This document shows positions 1-7,826 of a stretch of 27,972 nt of DNA, piece after piece. This DNA is from an uncultured archaeon (GTDB lineage: Archaea; Asgardarchaeota; Thorarchaeia; Thorarchaeales; Thorarchaeaceae). Each line of letters starts with the position of its first letter. Position 1 is the first letter of the stretch. The stretch is from the NCBI GenBank assembly GCA_964610875.1, contig CAZSWP010000046.1, positions 1-27,972 of the forward strand, read 5' to 3'. The translations under genes and the position numbers were made by a program. Under the pieces are notes generated by a model. That model had not been told where the DNA came from. It saw only the letters and a list, made by a program, of their open reading frames with translations, and did no database searches.

Positions 1-91
1 CGAAGGGTTATGGAATGGAACGTATGTGAAACGAGATCTGCATCTTCATCCTCTGCAGGCTATTTTCATTAATTCATTTGGAGGGGAACGT

Positions 92-304
92 GTGAAATTA
101 CAACAAGTATTGATTTGGATCTTAGTCTTGGCCAGTCTATTTCTAGCAATCTTTGCAATTGGTAATGCCTATGGTGCATACGGCAATGCTGACATCATGG
201 CTGGTACTGCTGTCATCATTCAAGCAGCTGCTGTCCTCGTATTGATTGCTCTAGTACTACAACTTGGAAGAATAGTTGAAGCAATAGAGAGTAATAACAA
301 GTAA
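92..304 (+). CDS. small 2-TM membrane protein, hypothetical
   Basis: Two hydrophobic segments (VLIWILVLASLFLAIFAIG; TAVIIQAAAVLVLIALVL). GTG at 92 follows an SD-like GGAGGGG, so it is preferred to the track start at 26. Confidence 0.6.
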   Translation: MKLQQVLIWILVLASLFLAIFAIGNAYGAYGNADIMAGTAVIIQAAAVLVLIALVLQLGRIVEAIESNNK

Positions 305-594
305 ATAGAATCCAAGAAATTCATCCTCTGTGGACTATTTCTTTTATTTGCAATAGATAGTGTTTGACCATTGTCCTGTCAAGAATGGAACACTTCTGCT
401 AGTGTTTTTGTTGATGCCCTAGCTAGAGAGCATATGTATACAGCGTACTGTAGTCAAACATAGTTAACTCAAGTTGAAATGCAATCGTATTTAGCGGTCA
501 GTCCTTGTGACCATGCTATCAGATGACAGTTACTCAACAAATCACCCCTCTACATGTCTCTAGGAGTTTATATGCCTCAGTCCTTAGACTATCC

Positions 595-705
595 CTTGAG
601 ACACGTCAACATTACCTGAATCGCTATGTTGACACGACCTGACCATCGTCTCAAGCAAGCAGTATATCCTGTTGGTTTTACTGTGGTCTGTCATAGGGTC
701 AGGTC
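595..705 (+). ncRNA. candidate structured RNA (pseudoknot-like), unassigned
   Basis: Three perfect complementary pairs: 595-602/648-655, 605-612/626-633, 636-644/697-705. TATA-like TTTATAT at 567-573, about 25 nt upstream. Confidence 0.25.
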
Positions 706-1243
706 ATTCTATAATCCTGTGACTAATACTTCTATAGCTAACTTGATAGAGGAAGACCCGGTCTATCGGGCTCGTCCAGCAGTAGCTTGCAATCAGGAGT
801 GTGATATTTTTTATATTGGCAGGAATGATGGTTTGTTCATCTATTCTCTTGAAGAAGGAGATTTTTCACAAATTGGCTACTTCACGAAACACCAAGGATT
901 ACCTGATAATTCGATTACATCCCTATGGTTGGATGAACAAAGTCGAAGACTCTACATTGGTACAGCAGAGGGGCTTGTTGCATTTGACACAGACGAGAAC
1001 TCTGTAATCCAGCGTCCATTATCTACTTCTGAGATATCCGCAATCTACTCAAAGGATGATTCAGTATATGCTTCAACTAGAGATGGAGTGTATATCATCC
1101 CCATCTCTGAATTGGAGCCACAGACTGGATACTGGGAGTCAACATCATCTTTCTGGATCAATGTATACCCATCTCTCCTTACATTCCCAATTGCATGGAT
1201 ATCTCTGGTATTACATGTTTTCAAAAGGAGAGAGGAGGAATAG
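626..1243 (+). CDS. beta-propeller (Reg_prop-like) surface protein with C-terminal TM anchor; probably a 5'-truncated fragment
   Basis: Blades such as FYIGRNDGLFIY, GLPDNSITSLWLDEQSRRLYIGTAEGLVAFD and VYASTRDGVYII. C-terminal hydrophobic helix followed by KRR. The first ~55 aa show no signal peptide or blade pattern. Confidence 0.55.
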   Translation: MLTRPDHRLKQAVYPVGFTVVCHRVRSFYNPVTNTSIANLIEEDPVYRARPAVACNQECDIFYIGRNDGLFIYSLEEGDFSQIGYFTKHQGLPDNSITSLWLDEQSRRLYIGTAEGLVAFDTDENSVIQRPLSTSEISAIYSKDDSVYASTRDGVYIIPISELEPQTGYWESTSSFWINVYPSLLTFPIAWISLVLHVFKRREEE

Positions 1244-1272
1244 AATCGCTAATTATCGTATTTTGAATTGAC

Positions 1273-1360
1273 GTCAGGAGTAAGCAAGGGATGCAATCTC
1301 CTACCAAGGACTAAAGGTGTGGCCCTGTTACGCCAGGAACACCAGAATCTTACTCCTAAC
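1273..1360. repeat. 88-bp element bounded by 12-bp imperfect inverted repeats, with internal hairpins
   Basis: GTCAGGAGTAAG (1273-1284) / CTTACTCCTAAC (1349-1360); internal GGTGT/ACACC and CCTG/CAGG stems. Confidence 0.45.
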
Positions 1361-1708
1361 CAATAATGTTTAGCTAAGTGGTAGTAGAAAAGAGTTCTGG
1401 TCAGCGAAATGTTAACTGACTGCACTCACTCTGTCGTAGATTTATTCATGTAACGATGTATGACCTTATGTTCAACGTATCTGACTGTGGTATAGGGGGG
1501 TTGTAATGGTTTCAATGGCATTCTTTCATTTCGGAATTCAGGTATTATGTCAGGGAGTGTTCTTTGTGTTTTTGTTTCTGCTGACTGTGTGGTCTGTGTT
1601 GTCATCGATGGTGAATATGTCAGATAATCAGGGAGAACACACTGGCTGGTTCTATTTCGGTGATGATTTGTATTGAAACATGTTAACACGTATAGTGTAC
1701 CCGTTTCA

Positions 1709-2203
1709 CTACTCATCTAATCTTGGTCTGATTAACGTGTGGTAGTTGTCACATTCTCTACGCCATCCATATTTCATTTGAACCATCTCTTTTATGCTGT
1801 CACTTATTGCAACGCCCATTTGAATAGGCTCAAGAAATGAATCAAATTGATTTTCCAACTTTAATAAACCTGAATCAATTGATGTCAGGAAATACTCTCT
1901 TAGAATAGCAAGTGCCTTAATTCCATCTTTTATTGTTTGAATCTCAGCTCTAGTGATAATTTTGCGACGATGGACAACATCGTTCCGAAGGGTCCACATC
2001 TCCGATAAAGATTGACAGACATGTTTTGATACTGGTGGATATAGTGTTTCTACCCATCTTGCCATTCCCTTTGACTTCTTGATTGTATTCCTTGGAAGCT
2101 TAACTGCTTCAACATAATGATATGCAAGTGACTCCAGAGTGAAACAAGCACTCAATAATGCCTCTTGATACCTCTTCTCTCGATTATGATTTAGTGCCAT
2201 CAC
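1709..2203 (-). CDS. HEPN-domain protein (Apea-like HEPN type), probably N-terminally truncated
   Basis: N-terminal helix YQEALLSACFTLE and Rx4H motif LRNDVVH (~1970-1987). The frame is open only to a TAA at 2261-2263. Confidence 0.6.
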   Translation of the reverse strand: MMALNHNREKRYQEALLSACFTLESLAYHYVEAVKLPRNTIKKSKGMARWVETLYPPVSKHVCQSLSEMWTLRNDVVHRRKIITRAEIQTIKDGIKALAILREYFLTSIDSGLLKLENQFDSFLEPIQMGVAISDSIKEMVQMKYGWRRECDNYHTLIRPRLDE

Positions 2204-2392
2204 CCATTGTAGCTGATGAAATGCGGATTCTTCACAAGTTTTTAGATAATATAGATGAATTTAAAATTTCTATAAAATGTGAATTACACAAGCAGTATTG
2301 TACTGAAATCAGAGGGTATGCTAGAACCAATAAGACCATCTAGTCTGAGAACAATCAATCATTTCATATGAGATTATGTCTTCCATTCTCAT

Positions 2393-3382
2393 GTGAGTGG
2401 AATGGAGCTAGGTGTTTGGAATGAAACAGATGTATCATTCCCAGAAAACGAATGGATGGTCTGGACCTTAGATATGATGGTACGGGCTTCACAGGCTCGT
2501 TCAAAATATTATCAGTATCAGGATGCACAACTAGGAACTCTTGATTCGTATGATCCAGCAGCAATTGAGAACAGAGAAATCTGTAGGTTGATTGCAGTTG
2601 ACTTGATATTCACATTGCTACGCTCGATTGAAGCTTTCATTGGTGCTCTCTCAGTCTGCTGGAAAATAAGTACAGAACCAAAAAAAGTGAACACAACAAA
2701 GAAACTACACCAACGATTACTCAAATCTGATACAAATACAGACAGGAAAATACGAGAGATGTTCAGTGCAGACGAGATAGAAGACCAAACCCTATGTCAG
2801 TTGTGTGGATTTCCACTACCTGACGGACTACCATTGGATATGCGGTCAAAAAGGGTCCTTTGGGAAGTCTATGATCAGACTCTGAAACGTGTGAAACTCT
2901 ATGGGAAATATGCAGTCAGGTATCGAACCGAGTTCATGGAACTCAGGAATGCGTACTCTCATAATATGCGACTCCTCTTTCTAGAGGTATTTGATACCGA
3001 TGAAAAGAATCCTGAGAAGGGTGATGTGACAGGTGTTCTGGACAAGAAGAAATGCAGACCAAGTAACCTTACTTTACTCTGCAAGACACAACGTGAAGCC
3101 ACTGGTGAATTGACCTTCAGACTCTGTCAGGTGGAACAGATACTCTATGAGAACCTCAAGTTCTATGTCTGGAATGACTGTGTGCCAGTTCCACCAGTCG
3201 CAGCACTTCAAGTTCCCAGTAGGTTTCAAGAGGACTTGCGAAGAATCAAGCTCGAACTTGGATTCAACTGGATGATTCCTGCATTCAGAGTAGAGATGCA
3301 CGACAACAAAGGATTTGATGAGCAATATGATATCCACAGAAGTTTTCTCAAACGAGTGAAGAAACTGGGAAGTCGCGAATGA
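2393..3382 (+). CDS. hypothetical helical protein with HEPN-like RNxxxH motif (putative RNase)
   Basis: LRNAYSHN at 2945-2962 preceded by an amphipathic helix; upstream LLRSIEAF helix. Likely start ATG 2402. Confidence 0.5.
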   Translation: MSGMELGVWNETDVSFPENEWMVWTLDMMVRASQARSKYYQYQDAQLGTLDSYDPAAIENREICRLIAVDLIFTLLRSIEAFIGALSVCWKISTEPKKVNTTKKLHQRLLKSDTNTDRKIREMFSADEIEDQTLCQLCGFPLPDGLPLDMRSKRVLWEVYDQTLKRVKLYGKYAVRYRTEFMELRNAYSHNMRLLFLEVFDTDEKNPEKGDVTGVLDKKKCRPSNLTLLCKTQREATGELTFRLCQVEQILYENLKFYVWNDCVPVPPVAALQVPSRFQEDLRRIKLELGFNWMIPAFRVEMHDNKGFDEQYDIHRSFLKRVKKLGSRE

Positions 3383-3443
3383 CTAGAAGAAGAGAAAAGA
3401 AAGAAAGGATCTATCGAAAAGATAGACCCGGTGATTCTTGAGG

Positions 3444-5360
3444 TTATGAATCGAATCCAATAGATGTATCCAGTACTATGAGTCGGATATAGGACACATA
3501 CCATGTATCACGAGATAAATCACGAGAGTCTGTGACACCTCGCAATCGTATTTTGAAGGTTGAACTTGTCAACTTACCTGATACATCAAACTGATTGAGT
3601 CCCTCATCAAGATCAGTATCAAGAGTCTGCCATCCGTTGCTATAGTATTCAAGAATCAAGTTCTCAGAACCTGAGTGGTCATAGATATAGACCTGTAGTG
3701 TAGAATCATCGTATGCATTATAGTCCAGGCTTGTGAATTGGAATTCATACCTAAACCTGTACGTGTCCTGATCGTATCTCATCTTGACCTTGTGTGTGTC
3801 CACACCAACCCACTGTGACCCACTTATAGAAGCATAGTATCTCACCTTGAAATTACTATGCTGGTACTCGCTGTTTGTTGATGACCATGTCTTTTTCGTC
3901 CAAGCGTAATCATAGTTATAGGTGCCAACAGTGTCCCAGTATCCGTATTTGTCATAGACCTTTACTGTGAGAGTTCCACCATAGAAACCACAACACCAGT
4001 AGTAAGAGAGTTCCACTCTGTCTGCATCACTGGTGTCATATGTACGACTCTGAAGATACCCTGAACCTTCAGATGAAAGCTCTAGGTCCCTGCATTGGGC
4101 GTAGGACCCTGACTGTCCACCCCGGTTCTTCTTTATCCAACCTGCTCCTGATTGGACAGACCAACCAGAAGGTGGCACTGAGGTGAATGCTTCAGTCCAT
4201 GTATAGTATTCATCGTATGACGTTTCTTGGAGAGTTGCTGTATTGCTGCTTGACTGCATATTATTGAAATTCGTCACGGTTCCATAGACCTGTGAATAGG
4301 TATCGATATAGTCATACCAGTTCACCATTGATGGTTTTCCACGAATAGTGCCATCCCCAACATCATCTGCTGACTGACTGAATCTATCCGCATTGGCTTT
4401 GAGTCGTGATTCAATATTATTTGGAGTGATATCGAATATCTGACTTGAAGGTACATTATTGTATTGCTCTATCAGACACGCAGTCACACCAGCAGCTACA
4501 GGTGTGGCAATACTGGTACCTGTAACACTTGAATAAGAATCATAGCTATCATAGGTTGATGTATATACATCTACTCCAACTGCACAGAGTTCCAAATCGT
4601 TTCCGTGGCAGGATTCTGTATACCTCTGCCCAGCAGTTTTACCAATGTAGTCGTCTGCAGCTTCTGAATCATATACATTTCCTATACTCATGATTCCTCC
4701 ATAGTCTGGAGCTATCCATGCAGGCCACACTACATCTTCATTGCCTTCTTCTGTATTTCCTGCCGCGAGGAATATCGTGATTCCATCATCTCGGATGTTT
4801 TCAAGTGAAGTTTCCATACTGTTCTGTATTCCACTTGGTAGTCCTCCAGGATTGGATGTTCCTAGACTCATTGTCATTATATCCACTCCCTGATTGTTAT
4901 CGTCAAGATGTGACAAGGCGTAATCGACTGCCTGTGATTTCGAGTAAGAACCAACCGCATTTGCTTCATAGATGACGAATTTAACATCTGGAGCCATACG
5001 TCTTACTGCACCGACCATAGCTGTACCATGACCAGTCGAATCTGATACAATATTTGTATCATCCCATTTTGTATCACCACCTAGTGGTACTACTGCTGCT
5101 TGACAATATAGCTCGTTTTGTGCATTGACTTTTACTTCCCAATAATTAACGAGCTCATTGCTAGAATAGAGTTGATGTTTTATTGCACCTGAATCAATTA
5201 CTGCAACAACTACATCTGTTCCATCATAGCCCAAATCATCCATATAGTCAGCGCCCATCCACTCTGGTTCATTATTTCCACCTGCTTTCACAAGAACAGG
5301 TGTGTATAGAATAGTTATGCAGAGGGAAAGAACGACCAACAAGACATAGAGTCTTCTCAT
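3444..5360 (-). CDS. secreted S8 (subtilisin-like) serine peptidase with C-terminal beta-sandwich domains
   Basis: Signal peptide MRRLYVLLVVLSLCITIL...VKA. Triad motifs AVIDSG (D), GHGTAMVG (H) and GTSIATP (S); oxyanion AAGN. Aromatic/Thr/Ser-rich C-terminal domains. Confidence 0.92.
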   Translation of the reverse strand: MRRLYVLLVVLSLCITILYTPVLVKAGGNNEPEWMGADYMDDLGYDGTDVVVAVIDSGAIKHQLYSSNELVNYWEVKVNAQNELYCQAAVVPLGGDTKWDDTNIVSDSTGHGTAMVGAVRRMAPDVKFVIYEANAVGSYSKSQAVDYALSHLDDNNQGVDIMTMSLGTSNPGGLPSGIQNSMETSLENIRDDGITIFLAAGNTEEGNEDVVWPAWIAPDYGGIMSIGNVYDSEAADDYIGKTAGQRYTESCHGNDLELCAVGVDVYTSTYDSYDSYSSVTGTSIATPVAAGVTACLIEQYNNVPSSQIFDITPNNIESRLKANADRFSQSADDVGDGTIRGKPSMVNWYDYIDTYSQVYGTVTNFNNMQSSSNTATLQETSYDEYYTWTEAFTSVPPSGWSVQSGAGWIKKNRGGQSGSYAQCRDLELSSEGSGYLQSRTYDTSDADRVELSYYWCCGFYGGTLTVKVYDKYGYWDTVGTYNYDYAWTKKTWSSTNSEYQHSNFKVRYYASISGSQWVGVDTHKVKMRYDQDTYRFRYEFQFTSLDYNAYDDSTLQVYIYDHSGSENLILEYYSNGWQTLDTDLDEGLNQFDVSGKLTSSTFKIRLRGVTDSRDLSRDTWYVSYIRLIVLDTSIGFDS

Positions 5361-5392
5361 TTGTGTTTCTTTCAAATTCGTTTCACGTCCTC

Positions 5393-5462
5393 AATTTCAG
5401 AATTACGAGAAAACTGGCGGCTTTGTCTAGTCCCAATTAGTGAGATCTCGTAATTTCAGAAT
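5393..5462. promoter_or_regulatory. overlapping direct and inverted repeats in a divergent intergenic region
   Basis: Direct repeat AATTTCAGAAT at 5393-5403 and 5452-5462. Inverted repeat AATTACGAGA (5401-5410) / TCTCGTAATT (5446-5455). Confidence 0.35.
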
Positions 5463-5573
5463 ATACTACTATTTTCATCCAATATAAACATCTTCCATTA
5501 TTGGAATGTCTATCTCCTCTCTCAGAATGGAATGCCAAAAAACATAAAACAATCATCGAAACAATAGGAAACC

Positions 5574-6137
5574 GTGGACACAATGGCGGGGGATAACAGT
5601 CCCACAGAAACAACCATTGGGACTTTCCTACTTGATGAGTTTCGTAGAGAGATTAAGGCCGAGATTGACCGCTGGAACACTATTGAGGACAAGGCAAACC
5701 GCACCTTCTCCTTCAGCTCCTCAGTCACAGCAATCCTCGTAGGGATATTCTCACTCGGGGAATCACTGGTGGAGCAAGGCATGCCGTCTTCACTCCTCTT
5801 GCCCTTTATCACCTCATACTGTATTGGCGTCCTCCTCTTTGCAGTATCAGCCGTCTTTGCCTTGAGAGCACTAGCAGTCGCACGGTACAAGAAGCCCTAT
5901 CTGAAACACTCACAGTCTGCCCTCACACTATACCTGTCAAGGACTGCAAAGGATGTAGAAGAAGAGCTGGTATCTATCTACGTAGGCTCACTGGAGTCCC
6001 TAATTGATAAGATTGAGACAAAGGCTGAGTCCGTGAAGTGGGCGCAATACATTGTCCTGCTTGCTGTCGCTTCCATCATTGTGTCGATGATATTCATTGT
6101 CGTAACCATGCTGGGATGGGTACCAACGGGAGTCTGA
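5574..6137 (+). CDS. 3-TM membrane protein resembling the Pycsar transmembrane effector family (PycTM/DUF5706-like)
   Basis: Pattern of N-terminal helix ending IEDKA, TM1, TM2 ending in ARYKKP, soluble helix, then ETKAESVKWA and TM3. The D-x-K-A and second K motifs match my recollection of PycTM-like proteins. Confidence 0.5.
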   Translation: MDTMAGDNSPTETTIGTFLLDEFRREIKAEIDRWNTIEDKANRTFSFSSSVTAILVGIFSLGESLVEQGMPSSLLLPFITSYCIGVLLFAVSAVFALRALAVARYKKPYLKHSQSALTLYLSRTAKDVEEELVSIYVGSLESLIDKIETKAESVKWAQYIVLLAVASIIVSMIFIVVTMLGWVPTGV

Positions 6138-6140
6138 TGG

Positions 6141-6737
6141 ATGATGAATGACAAAAAGAAGAGATACGTTGCTGACAGATATTCAAAGAGAACACAGAAG
6201 ACACTAGAAGAAGTGTGTAGAAGGTTAGCCAAGATAGAGACCTTAGTTTCAGATAAGGATAAGAAGCACAAAATCAAGCCATCAGAACACATCTACCTTG
6301 ACAGAGATGGAATAGTCCCTGAGGGTGAACATGACAAGACAGAATCCGTCTATCTTGGTACCTTTGATAACTTTCGAGAGTGGTGTCATGTACGCAGAGG
6401 CGTAGACATGGCCTCCGGAAGAGATGATGAGGACTCGGCTGGTCCACTCCCACAGTCTGACTTCAGAAGAGTTATTCGCGATTCAACGGTTGCAAAGATA
6501 GACCGCAGTAGGATAGCGAGACCAATCAGGCATTTTCCAAGACCTCGACCAACTTTTCCACGGTCACTAGGATTCATAATGAAACGTGCCATACAAGACT
6601 TTGCAAAATCAAACAACCTACAGGTAGGTAGCGACCTCTATGATGCACTCAACTATGAGATTCTCCATCTCATGGAACATGCCGCTTCCCGTGCAAAGGC
6701 AAACAAACGGAAGACGATCAAAGCATATGATTTCTAA
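6141..6737 (+). CDS. histone-fold protein (alpha3 / face-to-face-type fold at C-terminus) with long N-terminal extension
   Basis: Residues 145-198 FIMKRAIQDFAKSNNLQVGSDLYDALNYEILHLMEHAASRAKANKRKTIKAYDF carry the histone L2-alpha3 signature A..RA..N.RKTI...D and the short alpha1/alpha2 layout. Starts 3 nt after the upstream stop. Confidence 0.8.
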   Translation: MMNDKKKRYVADRYSKRTQKTLEEVCRRLAKIETLVSDKDKKHKIKPSEHIYLDRDGIVPEGEHDKTESVYLGTFDNFREWCHVRRGVDMASGRDDEDSAGPLPQSDFRRVIRDSTVAKIDRSRIARPIRHFPRPRPTFPRSLGFIMKRAIQDFAKSNNLQVGSDLYDALNYEILHLMEHAASRAKANKRKTIKAYDF

Positions 6738-6769
6738 AATGGTCATCACTGACGTTCTTCCATTGATTC

Positions 6770-7810
6770 CTACTTTGTCACCTTAAAGAGGCCTGCTGGA
6801 GTTGCTGTCTTGACTTGCTTTGCTCCGGCTTCCTTCGCCCATTGAATGAAGTGTTCCTTCTCAATTGCACCGTATGCACCTTCATTCAGAAGGATGTAGA
6901 GTTCGATATACGGGTCAAGCATAGGGATGAACGCTTCAGTACCAAAGAACAATCCATCGGGTTTCAGAACACGAATCATCTCTTTTGTGGCTCGTTCTGC
7001 ATCACACCAGTGAATCACCTGCGAGGTGTAGACGATATCAAAGAAATCATCCTCGAACGGTAAGTTATCTGCAGAGCCTTGCAGGTACTCTGGATGGAAA
7101 TCGCCCAGTTCCTCAATGACTTGTTTATCAACACCAAGATGACGTGCTGCGTACTGGACAAACTCGTCTTCAGCGATCTGCAACAGACCGGCGTCGTACT
7201 CCAAGGCGTAGAGATTGACGGGTCGGTCCGAATCAAATGCTCCTTCCTTGTAATAATAGCTCCAGATTGCAGCAGTCCCGATTCCACTTCCACAACCCAC
7301 ATCGAAAAAGGAACCTCTGTGTTTCAATGCGGAAGCATACTTGAACGCAGCCCGGCGTATCTGTTCATACATCTTCAGCTGCAGTGAGTCGTCCCAGTTG
7401 AAGAGATTCATATCATCTGAGAATGTTATGTAATGACCTCGCAGACGACTGGGAATTGCCTCAGCCGAGTCGGCTACAATCTCAGCCATTCCCTGTCCGA
7501 ACACTTCTGGGGGTTCAGCTGAGAACTCAGGCACAACCCCGTTCACCTTGTAAGCATATTCATGCTGTATCAGGATATCATCTTCGGCGAACACATCCAA
7601 CACTTTTGAGAGGTACTTCAGGTCCTCATAGCCAAAGTGGTCAGAGATATCTTGAAGAGTTCTTGGTTTTGTCAGGTAATCGAACAGTCCCTCTCGTCTG
7701 AGTATATTGACTGAGTTTGCACGATAGAAGTTCTTCAGTTCCGTCTTATGTCTACGGATATTTCCACCCAGTTTTAGTAGTTGTAACCATGCACCAATTA
7801 ATGAAGCCAT
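6770..7810 (-). CDS. class I SAM-dependent methyltransferase with N-terminal winged-helix/dimerisation domain
   Basis: Motif I FFDVGCGSG, ALEYD, GSADNLPFEDDFFDIV, EMIRVLKPDG. N-terminal GLFDYLTKPRTLQDISDHFG helix-turn-helix. SD GAGGTGA upstream. Confidence 0.88.
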   Translation of the reverse strand: MASLIGAWLQLLKLGGNIRRHKTELKNFYRANSVNILRREGLFDYLTKPRTLQDISDHFGYEDLKYLSKVLDVFAEDDILIQHEYAYKVNGVVPEFSAEPPEVFGQGMAEIVADSAEAIPSRLRGHYITFSDDMNLFNWDDSLQLKMYEQIRRAAFKYASALKHRGSFFDVGCGSGIGTAAIWSYYYKEGAFDSDRPVNLYALEYDAGLLQIAEDEFVQYAARHLGVDKQVIEELGDFHPEYLQGSADNLPFEDDFFDIVYTSQVIHWCDAERATKEMIRVLKPDGLFFGTEAFIPMLDPYIELYILLNEGAYGAIEKEHFIQWAKEAGAKQVKTATPAGLFKVTK

Positions 7811-7826
7811 GTTATCACCTCATAGG

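Noticed and set aside
1426-1716. 96-aa ORF overlapping the HEPN stop
   Set aside because: No recognisable motif and low-complexity composition; cannot be supported, although the overlap leaves some possibility.
6141-7810. Methyltransferase as a histone-tail methylase of the adjacent histone variant
   Set aside because: The genes are convergent and in different transcription units, and the enzyme resembles small-molecule class I methyltransferases rather than SET/PRMT. Adjacency alone is insufficient.
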